A stretch of DNA of 64,000 nucleotides from Camelus dromedarius (lineage: Eukaryota). The DNA lies in NCBI RefSeq assembly GCF_036321535.1, contig NC_087436.1:13206001-13270000 (forward strand), in the 5' to 3' direction. A model generated the notes under the pieces. It ran no database searches, was not told where the DNA came from, and was given only the letters and a program-made list of their open reading frames with translations. The translations under genes were made by a program, and so were the position numbers. How positions within the stretch are numbered: position 1 is the first letter of the stretch; each line of letters starts with the position of its first letter. Below, piece after piece: positions 22,635-36,115 of the stretch.

Positions 22635-24790
22635 TGCTTTTTTAAGATATAATTCACATACCATAGAAATCATTCACTTAAAGTATACACTTTAAAGATT
22701 TTAGTTTATTCACAGATATGTGCCCATCACCATAACCTAAGTTTAGAACTTTTTCATCACCGCAAAAGAAGCCTTGTCCTCATTCGCAATCACTCCCCAA
22801 TTCCATATCTCCACCGCCCTAAGCACACTAACCTACTTTCTCTCTGTATAAATTTGCCTATCGTAGACATTTTGTATGAATTGAACCAATATGTGTTTTT
22901 TTTTTCTGTGGCTGGCTTCTTTTCACAAGTTTCATCTGTGTTGTAGCATGTGTCATTATTTCAATTTTTTATTGCAGACTAACGTCCCATTGGATGGATG
23001 TCACATTTATCCATTTATCAGTTTGAAGTGGTCCCCAGTTTCTGGCTACTATGAATAATGCCACAGTGAACATTCATGTACAAGATTTTGTGAAAATGGG
23101 TGTTTTCATTTCTAGGGGTATGTTAAACACTTTGAGGAACAGCCAAACTGTTTTCCAAAATGGCTGTACCAGGTTATGGTCCCATCAGTAAATTTATGGG
23201 GGTTCCCACCTCTCAACATCTTTGTCAACACTCTTGTCTTTTTTACTATAGCCATCCTTGTGGGTGTGAAGTGGTATCTCATTATGGTTTTGATTTGTAT
23301 CTACCTAATGACTTACGATATTAAGACTTTTTCATGTTCTTATTGCCATTTGTATAACTTCTTTAGAGAAATGTCTGTTCAAATTCTTTGCCCGCTGTTT
23401 AATTGTCTTTTTATTATTGAGTTTTAAAATTTTTGATGTATTTTTAGATATCAGTTCTTTATCAAGTAAATGGCTAATAATTTTTTTCTAATGCTGTGGG
23501 TTGGGTTTTCACTTTCTCGATTTCATCATTTTCAGCACAATTTTTTTAAGTGATGTAGTTTAATTTATCTATTACTTCTTTGGTTGCTTGTACATCTAAG
23601 AAATCATTACCTAATCCTTCTCATCAAGAATTATTCCTATATTTTGTTCCAAAAGCTTTATAGTTCTACCTCTTAACTTTTGTTCTATAATCCATTTTGA
23701 GTAAATTTTTGCATGTGGTGTAAGAAAGTAGTTGAGGTTCTTTTGCATGAGGATAAACAGTTGACCCAAAACTATTTCTTGAAAAGACCATTGCCTTGAC
23801 ACCCTTTTTGAGAATCAATTGACCCATAAATATAAAGACTTATTTCTAGACTCTCAATTCCATTCTATTCACCTCTATGTTCAACCTCATGTAAGCACCA
23901 CACTGTCTTGACTGCTGGGGATTTACAATAAGTTTTGAAATTGGGAGTGTGAGTTTCCAACTTTGTTCTTTTTCACTATTGTTTTGACTATTCTGGGTCT
24001 CTTACATCTCCATACGAATTTCATTATCAAAGGCTTTCTGTGAAAACAGGCCACTGGGATTTTGATAAGGATCACGTTGGATCTGTAGATCATTTTGGAA
24101 AGTATTTGTGTCTTAATATTAATCTTCTGATCTATGTACATGGGATATCTTTTATTTATTTAGGTGTTGAATTTCTGGCAACAGGGATTTATGGTTTTCA
24201 ATATGAGTCTTTCACTTCTCTTGTTAAATTTATTCCTAAGTGTATTATTCTTTTTCATATTATTTTAAATGGAATCGTTTTCTTAATTTTTTTTTTCAAA
24301 ATTGCTAGTGTATAAAAACACAGCTGATTTTTATATGTTGATCTTGGTATCCTGAAAACTTGCTGACCTTTTTTATTAGTTCACATATTTAGTAGACTTA
24401 CTAGATTACCATATATAAGATCACATCATCTGTGAACAAAAATAGTTTACTTCTTCCTTTCCAATGTGGATGGCTTTTATTTATTTTTCTTCTCCAAACG
24501 CTCTAGTTAAAACCTCCAATATGATGTTGACTGGAAGGGGCAAGAGTACATACTCTTGTCTTGTTCTTGATCTTAGGGAAAAGTCACCTAGTCTCTCTCC
24601 ATTAAGTATGATGGGAACTGAGGGTTTTTCATAGATGACCTTTTTCAAGTTGAGGGCGTTCCCTTCTATTCCAAGTTTGATGAGTTTTTTGTTTTTTTTT
24701 TTTAAATTGAGAAAGGCATTGGATTGTGTCAAATGCTTTTCCTCACCTATTGAGATAAATGTGGGTTTTTTCTCGTTTATTCTATTATGC
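22635..24790 (-). mobile_element. L1MB-like LINE-1, 5'-truncated; decayed ORF2 and 3'UTR
   Basis: ORF-track peptides 24481..24732 (KLGIEGN..IYEKP..IILNGE..FSLRS.TRQ..LLP..NIILEVL), 23923..24141 and 23611..23802 are L1 ORF2-like; L1MB 3' end at ~22640. Confidence 0.92.
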
Positions 24791-25544
24791 CCCTTAGAAG
24801 GATGGGTTGACTTAGGTTATGTAGCTCAATGTAAAACACATCCTCCAAATTATTACAACTTTTGTCTCATGGTGGTATTAGTAGAACCAATACTGGTTTA
24901 GACAGAATAGCTCTTTTTAAGCTGTGAGCTAGGCTGTCTTTTAAAATTTACTTCCATATAAATTCTTTGCTACTTTTTGTGGAATGTGACAATTCACATA
25001 AACAAACACACATATATAATATACATTGCAAAAAAATTTTTTTTAAAAATTCAAAAACTCATCTTTCTATTTATTTATTTTTATTTTTATTATTTTTGAG
25101 ATACTCAGAAGCAATGAGAAAGGAAGACAATTTGGTCCCTGAGATTGCAGCTCTCCAATTTTATGGTCTGAGAGCTCTCTTACCTGAAGTCAGAACTCCC
25201 AATATCGCTTTTATTTAGCAATAATCATAGCACTTTAAAGGCTAGGTTCACACAAGATTGAAATCCATGACATAAAGTTGAGCGATTCATATTTATTTGT
25301 AGCACTAGCCTAGAGAAGAATCTACATTCCTTCTAGAACTGTGTAATTCAATAGCCTGAGAGATTTCTTCCAGAGTCACAAAAATTGAGGATGAAAGAAT
25401 GATGTTCTTGTCTTTGCTTTTCTCTGAAAGAACAAAGAACATACTTAACTTTTACAGAATGGAGAAAACAAAGAAGCTCTCTTGTTTTTAAATAAAGCAA
25501 TAACCACTGAAGGGACATTCTGTCTGTCTGCTGTTTTTGCTTTT

Positions 25545-25735
25545 GTTTTATTATTTTTATTAAACTATAGTCAATTTACAATGCTGTGTCAATTTCTGGT
25601 GTACAGCATAATGTTTCAATCATACATATACATACATGTATTTGTTTTCATAGTCGTTTTCATTATAGGTTACTACAAGATATTGAATATAGTTACCTGT
25701 GCTCTACAGAAGAAACTTGTTGTGTATCTATTTTA
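25545..25735 (-). mobile_element. Young L1 3' end
   Basis: tatagtcaatttacaatgctgtgtcaatttctggtgtacagc (reverse of the camelid-type tail). Confidence 0.85.
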
Positions 25736-26529
25736 AATTTTGCTTTTATATAAGCATGACTCCAACCCCATTCCTCCGGTCACTCAGGAAGTCAGATATC
25801 TTCAGTACCTTCCCAACTTCAGCCTCTCATTGAGGCACAGTGAGTCTCCTCACTGTCTCTACTAGAGTCAATGCTGGACCATGCCATCTGATGTATTTTC
25901 TCATTCATTTGTGAAGACAAATCTCCTTGCCAAAAGAAAATACATTGTGGGTTTGGGTTTTGCCTAAAAGTCTTTCCATTTCACTCTACTAAGTCTTGTT
26001 CGTTTTCAGTACAGCATTAAGCAACTAATTGATCAGAAATTGAAGTAAAAAGGTCCGACTGGCTACCTATACGTACCTTAAACCCTTCCCTTTCCAATTA
26101 AAGCTACTAGATAAACTTTTTTTGAGGGATTTTCAAGCCAATTTTTCTCCAATTTTCTTTTCCAGAAAAAAAAATGTCAAAACACATCCCAGAGGACAAA
26201 AACGAAGCTTCCATGGAAAGCCCCAGAAAAAAGTTTGAGTGAAAAAACCCCAAAGTCCTTCCCTGCAAGACCAGATCTAGCAAATATTTGCCAAAGGTAA
26301 TTACTCTCAACTTCACTACCTACCAGCTCAGCCTCTCTCCCAACTGCGCCATTAAGTACCTGCCTCAATGGAAAGCAATGCCATGACCTGGGGCTCTGAC
26401 CTGATCACTCATAAGGCACTGAGCTTCTATTCCCCTCTCTGGTCATGTAGGAAAGCATCCCCTCTGCCCCTGGGACCCAAGCCATGGGTGCTGTGCCTTG
26501 TTCTGACCATAAGACCTCCATATATATGC

Positions 26530-26870
26530 TCTATGACCCAGCAGCATCAGTGTCACCGAGGGGCTTAGTAGAAATGCAGAATCTCAGCCCCAACCCAGAT
26601 CTACTGAATCTGAATTTGTATTTGTATTCAGCAAGATTGCCTGGTGATTCTTGTACACCTTAAAATCTGAGAAGAAGTGCTCTAAAGTAGTGGTTTCCAA
26701 CCTTTAGTGTGCACCAGACTCCTCTAGTGGGCTTGTGGAAACACACCTCGTGAGATCCTCCCCCAGGGTTTCTGATTCAATGGATCTGGAGTAGGGTTTG
26801 AGAATTTGCTTTAAGAAGTTCCCAGGTGATGCTGATTCTGCTGATCTGGGAACCAGATTTGGCAAAACAC
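26530..26870. mobile_element. Two MER5A-type relics
   Basis: agaaatgcagaatctcagccccaacccagatctactgaatc and gtttctgattcaatggatctggagtagggtttgagaatttgc. Confidence 0.8.
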
Positions 26871-28503
26871 TTCCCATCCCACCAATGACTAGGCAGGTTG
26901 TGGAGTCTTCAGAATCCAAAATGATTTGATATGCAACTTAGTATTAATAATTCATAATGTGATTGGAGCTGCCTCCTTGTTTGTTTCTGCTTTGCCACGT
27001 TTCCTGACTACCTGCTGTAAGTCTGTTCCTCTGGTTTGCCTCTAACATCTCCCAACTTACATCACTCACTCTTCCAACCTGCCCTCCCTCACCTCCATGC
27101 TGGGACATACCAGGGGTCTGCCAAGCTCCATCTGACCCAGCATTGCTGGGAGGGACTTCTCACCAGCCCTATCTTGGGCTGCCCCAGGACTGTCAGCTGC
27201 CGCCCTCCTGTCCCTGGCTCTCCCATTAGCCACTGCCTCCATGCAGAATCATTTACAATTCTAAGGAAGAAGTCAGCGCAGGCTCAGCAGTCATGTGCCT
27301 CTAAACTTCACGCATGCACCTCTCTCCCCATTTTTCTCCTTAGCATTGTCAGTTGGGCCATTTTCAAGAGATTTCTATCTCTGGCCTTGGACAGGTTCTA
27401 ACACAATTTGGGCAATTTACAAGCTAGCCAGAAAGGACCTAGAGCTGAAGTTGGACATTACTGGGAATGCTGACTGGCATGGCTTCAGACTCTGGGATGG
27501 AGCAGGGTTGGAGAGTCAGTGTGATCTGTTCCCTACAGGCAACCAGACTTGGAAAGTATGCCCATTTCCCTGAGGAAGCAACTGACACCCTCAAGTCCAT
27601 TGGAAAAGTGGTCTTGTCATGTGCATGCTTTTGAGCCAGTTTTTCAAGCCACAGCTTGAATCCATCAAAAATGTTTAGCTAAAAAAAGTTCAAAGTGTAG
27701 TTTATAGGAGTCCTACTTCAACCTCAATCAGTGATGGACTAAGGCAGCAGAGAGACGAGAGAGCACTTCAAAATCTACTCTTTAGAGCAATTTCTACTTC
27801 CAAAGCAAGGAAGACTGTTTTCTTTATATAAAAACACTCTCCCCTCACCTTTGCCCCCAAAAGCAGTTTCATGTAAAACTTTCCCATTTGCCTGAATGAG
27901 AAAAACATCTTTAATACAGTTGTACAAATGTGATTTCCTCACTGGTGAATATGACATTTTTGTGGGTTCGCAAAAAATAAAACTCCTTTTCCTTTTGGCT
28001 GAAACTTGCTTATGAAAAGGAAAGGCGGTTTTGGTTTTTGGTGCTTTCTTTCCCAAGCAGGACATGGGGTTTTTTTCGGTGGTGAGAAACCGCCTCTGTG
28101 ATACATACACAGTCAATTTTCACCTACAATCGGTTTCACACTAAATTTCCCATTTGGATAAGGAAATCAGAGATTACCTGGTGAACTGGTAAAATGTGAT
28201 CCTGGACCAAACCTGCCAGCACCTATAAAACTGTCATTCACAGAGGAACTCTCTCCATGGGCCAAGAACCACAAGGACATTCACCCTTTTGCAACGAAAT
28301 AAGGTGGAAAATCATTCAAATCTTCAAACTGAAGGCAAACCATGTCCTCTTGGGGCCCAATTGTCCCACATGACCAGGTGGGAGCTCAGAGATTCATCAC
28401 TCAGCTGAGCCACCAATATACTCTGCAGGGGCTTTTCTCCCGCAGGGACAACACTGAGCCTCCTTCACCCCAAGCAACGTATCAGAAATCCAGAGATGGG
28501 GTA

Positions 28504-28637
28504 AGAGAGGGTCTAGCTCAGTGGTAGATTGCACGCTTAGCACGCACAAGGCCCTGGGTTCCATCCCCAGTACCTCTATTAAAAATAAATAAATAAAAGC
28601 CTAATTACTAGCCCTCAAAAAAATAAAATAAAATAAT
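28504..28637 (+). mobile_element. Camelid SINE
   Basis: gagggtctagctcagtggtagattgcacgcttagcacgcacaaggccctgggttccatccccagtacctc plus A tail. Confidence 0.9.
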
Positions 28638-28874
28638 TCTGAAGAAAAGAAACTCACAGATGAGAGGACGGGCAACGAAGTGAATTCTTATCAGAACAAG
28701 TGATCTCTTCCAAATCTTGGATTTGCCAACCATTTCGTTTCTCTCCCACTGGATTTTTTTGTTTTCTGGGTTTTGGTAAATTCCTTTTCTCATGGGCACC
28801 TTCCCTGATTGAGGTTCTGAGGGAGAGCAGGGACCCTGACACCAGGGAGATGCTCTCCCACACCCACTGGTAAG

Positions 28875-29000
28875 AAGGAAGCCACTTCCTAGGGGCCGCC
28901 ATCTTGCCGCGAGTCAGACCGGAAGTGGCCCTGGGGTCGGAGGGCGTGGTTCACCAGTCCGCTGCCCGGGGACCGAAGTCTCTCTCCCGGGGCAGTTTTC
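28875..29000. promoter_or_regulatory. Housekeeping-type core promoter (YY1, ETS/GABP, GC box) in a CpG patch
   Basis: gccgccatcttg (YY1) 28895-28906, accggaagtg (ETS) 28918-28927, ccacttcct 28882-28890, gggcgtgg 28942-28949. Confidence 0.65.
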
Positions 29001-29424
29001 CCTCCTCTGAAGAGGAAGACGTAAGAGGAGTTGCTTCCAAGGTGGCAAGAGAGTCAGGTTCCAAAGTCTGTCTGTAAGATGAAACACATGCGTAATCAAA
29101 ATTGCCCTTGAAAATCTCCAGCATGGAACAGATGTTTCTTTGATTGATTTACATTAAGGGCCGTGTAAAGGGGGTTGTGTAGCTCTCCTTCCTCTGGGCA
29201 AAGCGTTCGCCCTGGGAGGAGCACAGGGGAAACGAGGTCCCAGGGAAACAGCAGAGTCACAGCTACGGCTGAGGCAGGGACTCACTGAGGGGGGACAATG
29301 CCTCTTCCTCCTGTCCTTCCTCCTCCCTACCCACCCACCCTGCTGGTAGAAATTATTTATGGGATTCAATGAAGTAAATGCACAATATGAAATAGTATCG
29401 AATGGTTTTTGAATGCAAAAATAA

Positions 29425-29600
29425 CAGCAATGATGATTTATATTTGCCTAATGTTCTAGAGACCATGAGACACTTTCACAGTTATCTTCAATTCCACTTT
29501 CACAGCAACCCTAGGAGGTAATTATTGATAATTTTATTTCAGGGTCAGAGCAAGAAGTTCAGAGGGTAGGGCTGAAACAGGGACCCATACTCCTTCCTTA
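29425..29600 (-). mobile_element. MIR relic
   Basis: cactttcacagttatcttcaattcc...cacagcaaccctaggaggta. Confidence 0.5.
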
Positions 29601-30034
29601 GCCAGGGTGCTGCCACAGTAGCACTCCCGCCTCAGACTGGACACCAAGAACATGAGATTCCAGATCAGCCAACATTGAACACAGGACTCTTCCACTACAT
29701 TTTATTTAAAGGTTTTGTTGTTATGATTGAAAAACAACTGCATTTGTAATTTACAATCACTGTAACCACTGTCATGGTCTCTGATGTATTTATAAAATGT
29801 AAACATAAAACTTCTCTGCCTTTTGGGCTTATTAGTTAATGTATCTCGTCAGTATAACTTCCATGCCTGCTCTGTGGGGAATCAATAACCCTTTAACAAT
29901 TTGGCACTTAAGCACTTTGTCTGCTACTTCACTCTCTAGCCTGAGAGTATTTTGAAATGCTTTCAATGTTAGTGCTATTTATAATTACAAAAAAAAATTA
30001 TAAACAAACTAAATCCAACCATGGGAGGTCCTTC

Positions 30035-30582
30035 TGTTACCCTAAAAGGGGAGGGGAAATGACCCCAGTTCTTGTTTTACCCAAAAGAGAAGAATTCAAA
30101 CAGGAGACAGAAGCTTTGTATAGCAAAAGATTTTAAAGGTTTATTAGCAAAGGGAAAGCACACCTCCAAGTACAGGACGCTGGCTGATCCAAGGGCAGAG
30201 AGCAGTGGTCTTTGCCCCTTCCTCTTACACCCTCACTTAAAGGTGGTCTCTTGATTGACTGACAGCTCTTGTGCCTGGAGTGCTTAGTCATGCCCGTCCT
30301 CTTTTGCCAATGCCCTTATCCATGATGTACGCAGAAAAACCCATGGGTGGACCTAAACCACAATGCTAATTATGTTACCATGAGCACTGGGTCATGTCCA
30401 GTTAGGTCCTTGTTGCTACCGCACAGTTGGGGCAGTCAGGTTCTAACTGGTTTCTTGCTGGCACTCGTTTAGAGGAAGTAAAGCTCCTTTATGCTGGAGG
30501 TGGGCAAACCGCCATCTTTTGGACCACCCTCCCTCTCTCCACCTTATCTGCCCGATGCCCCCACTTATCTAACTACCTAACA
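30035..30582 (-). mobile_element. Solo ERV LTR (family B)
   Basis: tgttacc...cctaaca ends; reverse-complement homolog of 62813-63365; tttatt (polyA signal) near 30140. Confidence 0.85.
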
Positions 30583-31389
30583 CTAGTATGTTTTTACTCC
30601 CAACACAACTTGTGACACCAAATGCATGAGATTATTTTTCCTACAGTGACCAATTCTCTGACACAATCTGGGTCTCCTACAATTCAATTCAATCCTGACA
30701 CTAACTACAAGCTGAGGGCTCAGTGCCACAAAATTGCACCCACTTCAGACACCAGTCATGAATCCAAACCACCCTTACTTTAAACATATAAATTAGGGTT
30801 TCCCACAAACCCCTCCTCAGTCTTGCTAATTTTCTAAAATGGCTCACAGGACTCAGGAAGACATTTTACTTACAATTACCAGTTTGTTTTAAAGGATATA
30901 ACTAGGAAGAGCCTAATGGAAGAGTTGTACAGGGCAGGGTATCAGGCAGTGGGGTGGGGTAGTGCAGAGGAAGAAGGGGTGCGTGGAGCTTCCATGACCT
31001 CTCCAGGCACACCGCCCTCCCAGGACATCCATGTGTTCACCAACTCAAGGCCTCTCTGAACCCCAGAGTTCAGGGGTTTTATGGAGGGTCCATCATGTAA
31101 GAGCAGTTGATTAAATCATTGACAGTTGGTAATTAGCTCAGTCTCCAGCCTCTCTCCTCTCTCTGGAGGTTGAGGGGTTGAGGATGAAAGTTCCACCCTT
31201 CTAATTCTGCCTTGTTCTTTCTGGCAATCAGCCCCCATCTTGCCAATATCTAGGAGGCCCCCAGGCACCAGCCATCTCATTAACATACAAAAGATTCTTA
31301 TCCCTCCAGAGATACCAGGGGTCTTAGAAACTCTCCATCAGGAACTGGGGAAGAGGACCAAAATGCATTTATTATACTACGGTAGCACA
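30583..31389. mobile_element. MER21-like LTR
   Basis: cccacttcagacaccagtca...ggctcacaggactcaggaagac...cttccatgacctctccagg...catgtgttcaccaac resemble MER21. Confidence 0.7.
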
Positions 31390-31529
31390 GGAGAGTCACA
31401 AAATAATTACAATGAGTACTTGCAATGGAACACAAGTACTGATATTAAAAATTCATGTTGTAGAAGGCTATTTATTGGTATGAAAAAAATGGTCACGATT
31501 GCAAAATAAAGAATATGCTATCAAGTATA

Positions 31530-31850
31530 CAGTCAGACCTCTCTATCCATGGGTTCCACATCTGCAGATTCAACCAACCGTGGATCAAAAATATCTGAAG
31601 AAAAAATCCAGAAAACTTCCAAAAGCAAAACTTGAATTTGCCACACACCAGCAGCTTTATACCGAGCATTTACATTGTATATACAACTATTTACATAATA
31701 TTTACAATGTATTAGGCATTATAAGTAATCTACTTATAATGTATACATTATTAGTCATACAGGAAGATACATGTAGGTTATATGTAAATACTATGCCATT
31801 TTATATAAAGAACTTGGAACCAATCCCCTGAGAATACAAAGGGATGACTG
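31530..31850. mobile_element. MER2-like (Tigger/TcMar) DNA transposon relic
   Basis: TA|cagtcagacctctctatcc...gaatacaaagggatgactg|TA: terminal inverted repeats and TA TSD. Confidence 0.85.
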
Positions 31851-31913
31851 TATAAATTTGTTAGAAGTAGGTATGGGATGTGTGCATGCCAGATAAAAAT
31901 GTCTAAAAGTCTG

Positions 31914-32354
31914 TGTGGGTTGAAAAAGAAAAAGCACAACTTTAAAGTTGAGAATTATGTTTTATTCAGCAAACTTGCTGAGGACTTAAGCCTGGGAGAC
32001 AGCCTCCCAGAGAGCTCTGAAGGGTTGCTCCGAAGAGGTAAGGGAGGAGCCAGGATATATAGGAGATTTTCCAAAAAAAGAAACAGATAGTCAGAACATC
32101 AAAAGATGACTGTTAGTTAAAGGAAAACCAGACTTCCCAAGTAATGAATTTAGCACTTTTCTATGTATGAGAAGATGCAAGAGTCTGGAGTCATTGAAAT
32201 TACTTCTTCGCTGTGCACCTTAACTATCTAGGGTCAGCTTTTCTCCATCCTGAGTCCCCTCAGCGTGCATATTGTGGGTGGCTGCTGTGGCCAATGGCTT
32301 GATGACCACACATCCTTTGTTTACTGATGTGGTAGATGACATTCTTTGTCCACA
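31914..32354 (-). mobile_element. Solo ERV1-class LTR (MER41-like)
   Basis: tgtggg...tccaca termini, tttatt near 31962, ggagccaggatatataggag. Confidence 0.7.
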
Positions 32355-32598
32355 GCTATATAACCTTAGGTCACCCCCAGGTAATGGTTTTGGGTTTTTT
32401 TTTTTAATTCATCCTTTTCTGTGTTTCTTAAGTTTTCTACATTGAAGATGTCTTCATTTTGACATTGAGGGAGAAGCATTATTAAATAGCAAAACCAATC
32501 ACTTTAATTGGACAAATCATTAGGCATATCTGTGCAAACGAAAGAAGAAGAAAGAGCATTTTGCTCACCACCTGAGTCTACAAAGATAACCGTTATGC

Positions 32599-33016
32599 TG
32601 TTGCTGACCAACAGTGCCCTCGGAGCTTCAGACAGAAGCAACGAAGATGATAATAGAATGCTGTGTGCTATGGTCAAACAGACCCCTTAGATAATTAGTC
32701 ATATCTCAGGAAGAATTTTAATACATCCATCTTCTTACATCTTCCCATACATAGAGAAGCACTATATTCATTACCATGAGACATTTGTTCTTTTGTGACT
32801 AGCCATAATCTTTTATCAAGATGTATGCTTGACTGTGTGCATTCCCTGGCCAAAAAAAACCCCCAAAACTATATATAAACCGTCATTCCTTGCTCATCTC
32901 TTCTGAGCAGTTTCTCAGAGCTCCTGGGAGGCTGGCTCATGGGCTATAGTCCTCCATAAGATCCTTAGTAAAGCTTAACTCACAAGTTTCACATTGTGCC
33001 TTTTCTTTCAGTGACA
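32599..33016 (+). mobile_element. ERV1-class LTR (MER34/39-like)
   Basis: TATA-like tatataaa, gagcagtttctcagagct...gggctatagtcctc, agtaaa, ends ttcagtgaca. Confidence 0.6.
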
Positions 33017-35067
33017 GTTTCCAGGTGCACCATTGTCAAAGCCAAGCCAGCCAGTGATGAGAATGTGCTGACACCACAGATTGGCTTCCCCAACATGCAC
33101 CACACTGAAGGATTCTTTCCCCTCAAACTTCTTTCTAGAAGGTTGGTATTTTCCTCTTGTGAAAGGACATATTAAGACAAGTTAAAGCTTCCATACTACT
33201 AATATACCTATTTTCATTTTACATCTTTGTTCTCTGGTAAGGTGAACTGTGCATGAGAAAATGGAAGGTTAAAACATTTACCAATTACATAAGGAATGTA
33301 AAATGATACACTATTTGCCTGTGAGTACGTGTGCGGTGTTAAGAGGTGGTGTTTGGGAGTAAGTTGCCTTACATTATCCACAGACTTATCTGTCTCCATT
33401 GCAAATGGGTCACCCACCATTAAATGGTAATCTAATTTTAAAATGTCATGATTTTATAGTTACATGAATTGAAGAAGTGCAACAAAATCCCCTAAGCACC
33501 TGTATTTCTAGTTTGAATTTTTCATAGCTCTTTAAAAAGTAACTTACAATATCTCAAATTTGAACCTAAACCTTAAACAATGAGTTTTAGCAAAATAAGG
33601 TTGGCTTTCATATTCTATGAAACCTGGAACATAGAAGAACTTCTACAGATTCAAAAGACATTCTTTTTGTTATAAATTATCATGATCTTTATCTCCAGGG
33701 AAGAAAATCTGTGGTATGGCCTTTAAATTTTCTTTTTTTTAAATGAGGCTGAGTTCTAGAATTTTCATACTAAATTTCATGTTTCTATCTGCCCAGTTTC
33801 CTTTGCTGGTAAAAAGAAATGCTTCTGTTCTGGCAATTCTGTCCCCATCAAGACTTTACAGTGTTCATTGTTCAAGTGATAACAAAAATACATTGTCCCT
33901 TTAAAAGAAACATTTTGAAGATGAATCTTTTATACATCAAGTCTCTTTTTGCCTCCACCAAAATCTTGTTAGCCTCTAAGAAATAGCAATTTCATCCTGA
34001 TAAAATATTGTAAAGATTATTCTCAAAGCTCATTGCAAATATTTTTGTCCATTCAAAGCCCCACCGAATTCAGAGGTGGCTACAGACTCCCATTCTGTAG
34101 AGTACCATGATGGGTGCTAGGGATGGTGCTGAGAATCAGCCAGCAGACCCAGCATAGCAGGAGCTCAAAATTCCACCCCCAGCACAAAACTGAATCTTTC
34201 CAGGTAAAACACATCTATTTTCCCCATTGTCCCATGTTGATTCCTCATGGACTTGGAGAAGACAGTGTTCACGTGTAAATATGGTTTAAAGTATGAAAGC
34301 AATTAAACAATATATCCCGGTCTTAAATTCTTGTGATGAAACAAAAGCAACCCCACAGCCCACCAGAGAGCTTATTAGTTCTTTTCTTTCTCTTCCCTAA
34401 AATACAGAACTATGACTATTGAAGAGGGAGAAGTTAGAGAGTAAAGCTGTCAGATATCTGTCTTTGTGGTGTGAGTGAAGGGGAGCTCTGAATTTTCCCA
34501 GAGCAGACACATCTGCTGAACCGGAGGAGCTTGAACTGGGTTAGCTGCTGTCAGAATCCAGGTATCCATTGGCCCCTTATTTGGGAAGACAGGTGCAGGG
34601 AGTAAGAGAAGACAACATATTCTGGGAGGACAGTGTTCTTTTTCGTTCTTTTTTATAATTATTTTTATATTTTTTACACTATAAAAATGATAAATGCTAA
34701 TTACGTATTTAAACCCAAAGAATTACTGAAAAGAAGTGGAAAAAAAAGTGCAAAATCTCACTACCTGGAGAGAAGTAAAATGAACATTTTGGTGTATTTC
34801 TTTCACATTATTCCAGAACCATCTGCCTAACTATGCATCTCTCTGATTCACTTTGCCAACTCCAGGTGTAAACACAATTGTGTTTGCTTTAGTTTTTAAA
34901 TTATCCTAAGATAAGGGAAAAAAAGCAAACATCTTTCTCATGAACAAACCAAGAACATTGGCATTCCCTCAACCCAAGGAGTTTAGTCCTTCCCTGAAGT
35001 CTGATCCATTCACAACTAAGTGGGTTCAGTCACTGACACCCAGGGTCCCTGCTTTCCCCAGTCCAAT

Positions 35068-35718
35068 TGATACAGGGAAAATAAATGTAGGGTGAGAGGA
35101 GAGTTGTGTCCCAGGTCTTGGTTGAGTCCCTGGGACATGCCCCGCCAGGTGTGGGTCCTTGGCTTTGTGCAGGAAAGAATTCACAAGTGAACCACAGTTG
35201 AGTAAAGATAGATTTAGAGAAATACATACTACATAGAGTTGTAGGCTGTTTCAGAAGGTGAGAGAAAGGCCACGAGGTGTGGGGGTTGGGGGTTCAAGTA
35301 AAAGTAGATACGCATTCCATAGACAGAGTGTGGGCCATCTCCAAAGATGAGGGAGCAAGAGAGGTAGCCATGAGGTGCGGTGTTGCCAGTTTTTATGGAC
35401 TCGGTAGTTTCACATGCCTACAAGTGGGAGGATCGTTCCAGCTACCTTGGGGAAGGGACTGGGATTCCCAGGAACTCGACCACTGCCCACTCTTTGACAT
35501 TTTATGGGCAGCCCCGAAGCTGCCATGGCGTCTATGGGAATGTTATTTATCACGCTAATATATTACAGTCAGTGTATAATGAAGCTCAAAGTCTACTAGA
35601 AGTCAAATCTCCTACAGTCTTGAGCCTCAAGGTCTACTGGAAGTTGAATCTTCCACCATTTTGGTGTTAATTGCTGTCTTGTTCCTTGAATGGCTGTGCC
35701 CTGCCCCTTCCTTCCTCA
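35068..35718 (-). mobile_element. Solo ERV1-class LTR, TSD caat/cgat
   Basis: caat|tgatacaggg...ccttcctca|cgat; TG..CA ends. Confidence 0.75.
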
Positions 35719-36115
35719 CGATGTCTCACAATGGACCCATGACAAACCACTGCCACTGTCATGCACTCGATGGCTTAGATCCCTACACAGGCGGCTGGGG
35801 TCACCCTCAGCTGGGCTCCAAGCTCTCAGTCCTTCTAAGTTTTACATACAGATACAGCTTTCTTCCCCTGTTCCAGGATGACTGGACCTGGCATCTTCTG
35901 GGCCAGATTTAGCTTGGGTTCTGATTTGATCTTCATTTGTTTAATGTCTGCTGAATATTCTGTTACACACATGTAACTATTTACTTATTCTTTCGCCTCT
36001 TATTGGATATTTCAGGCTTTTATTTCTAATTTTTCTAATATTATAAATAACCATAATAAACACCTTTGTTCATATGTATTCAAAAGCATCTCTCATTACT
36101 TTCTAAAAATAGAAT

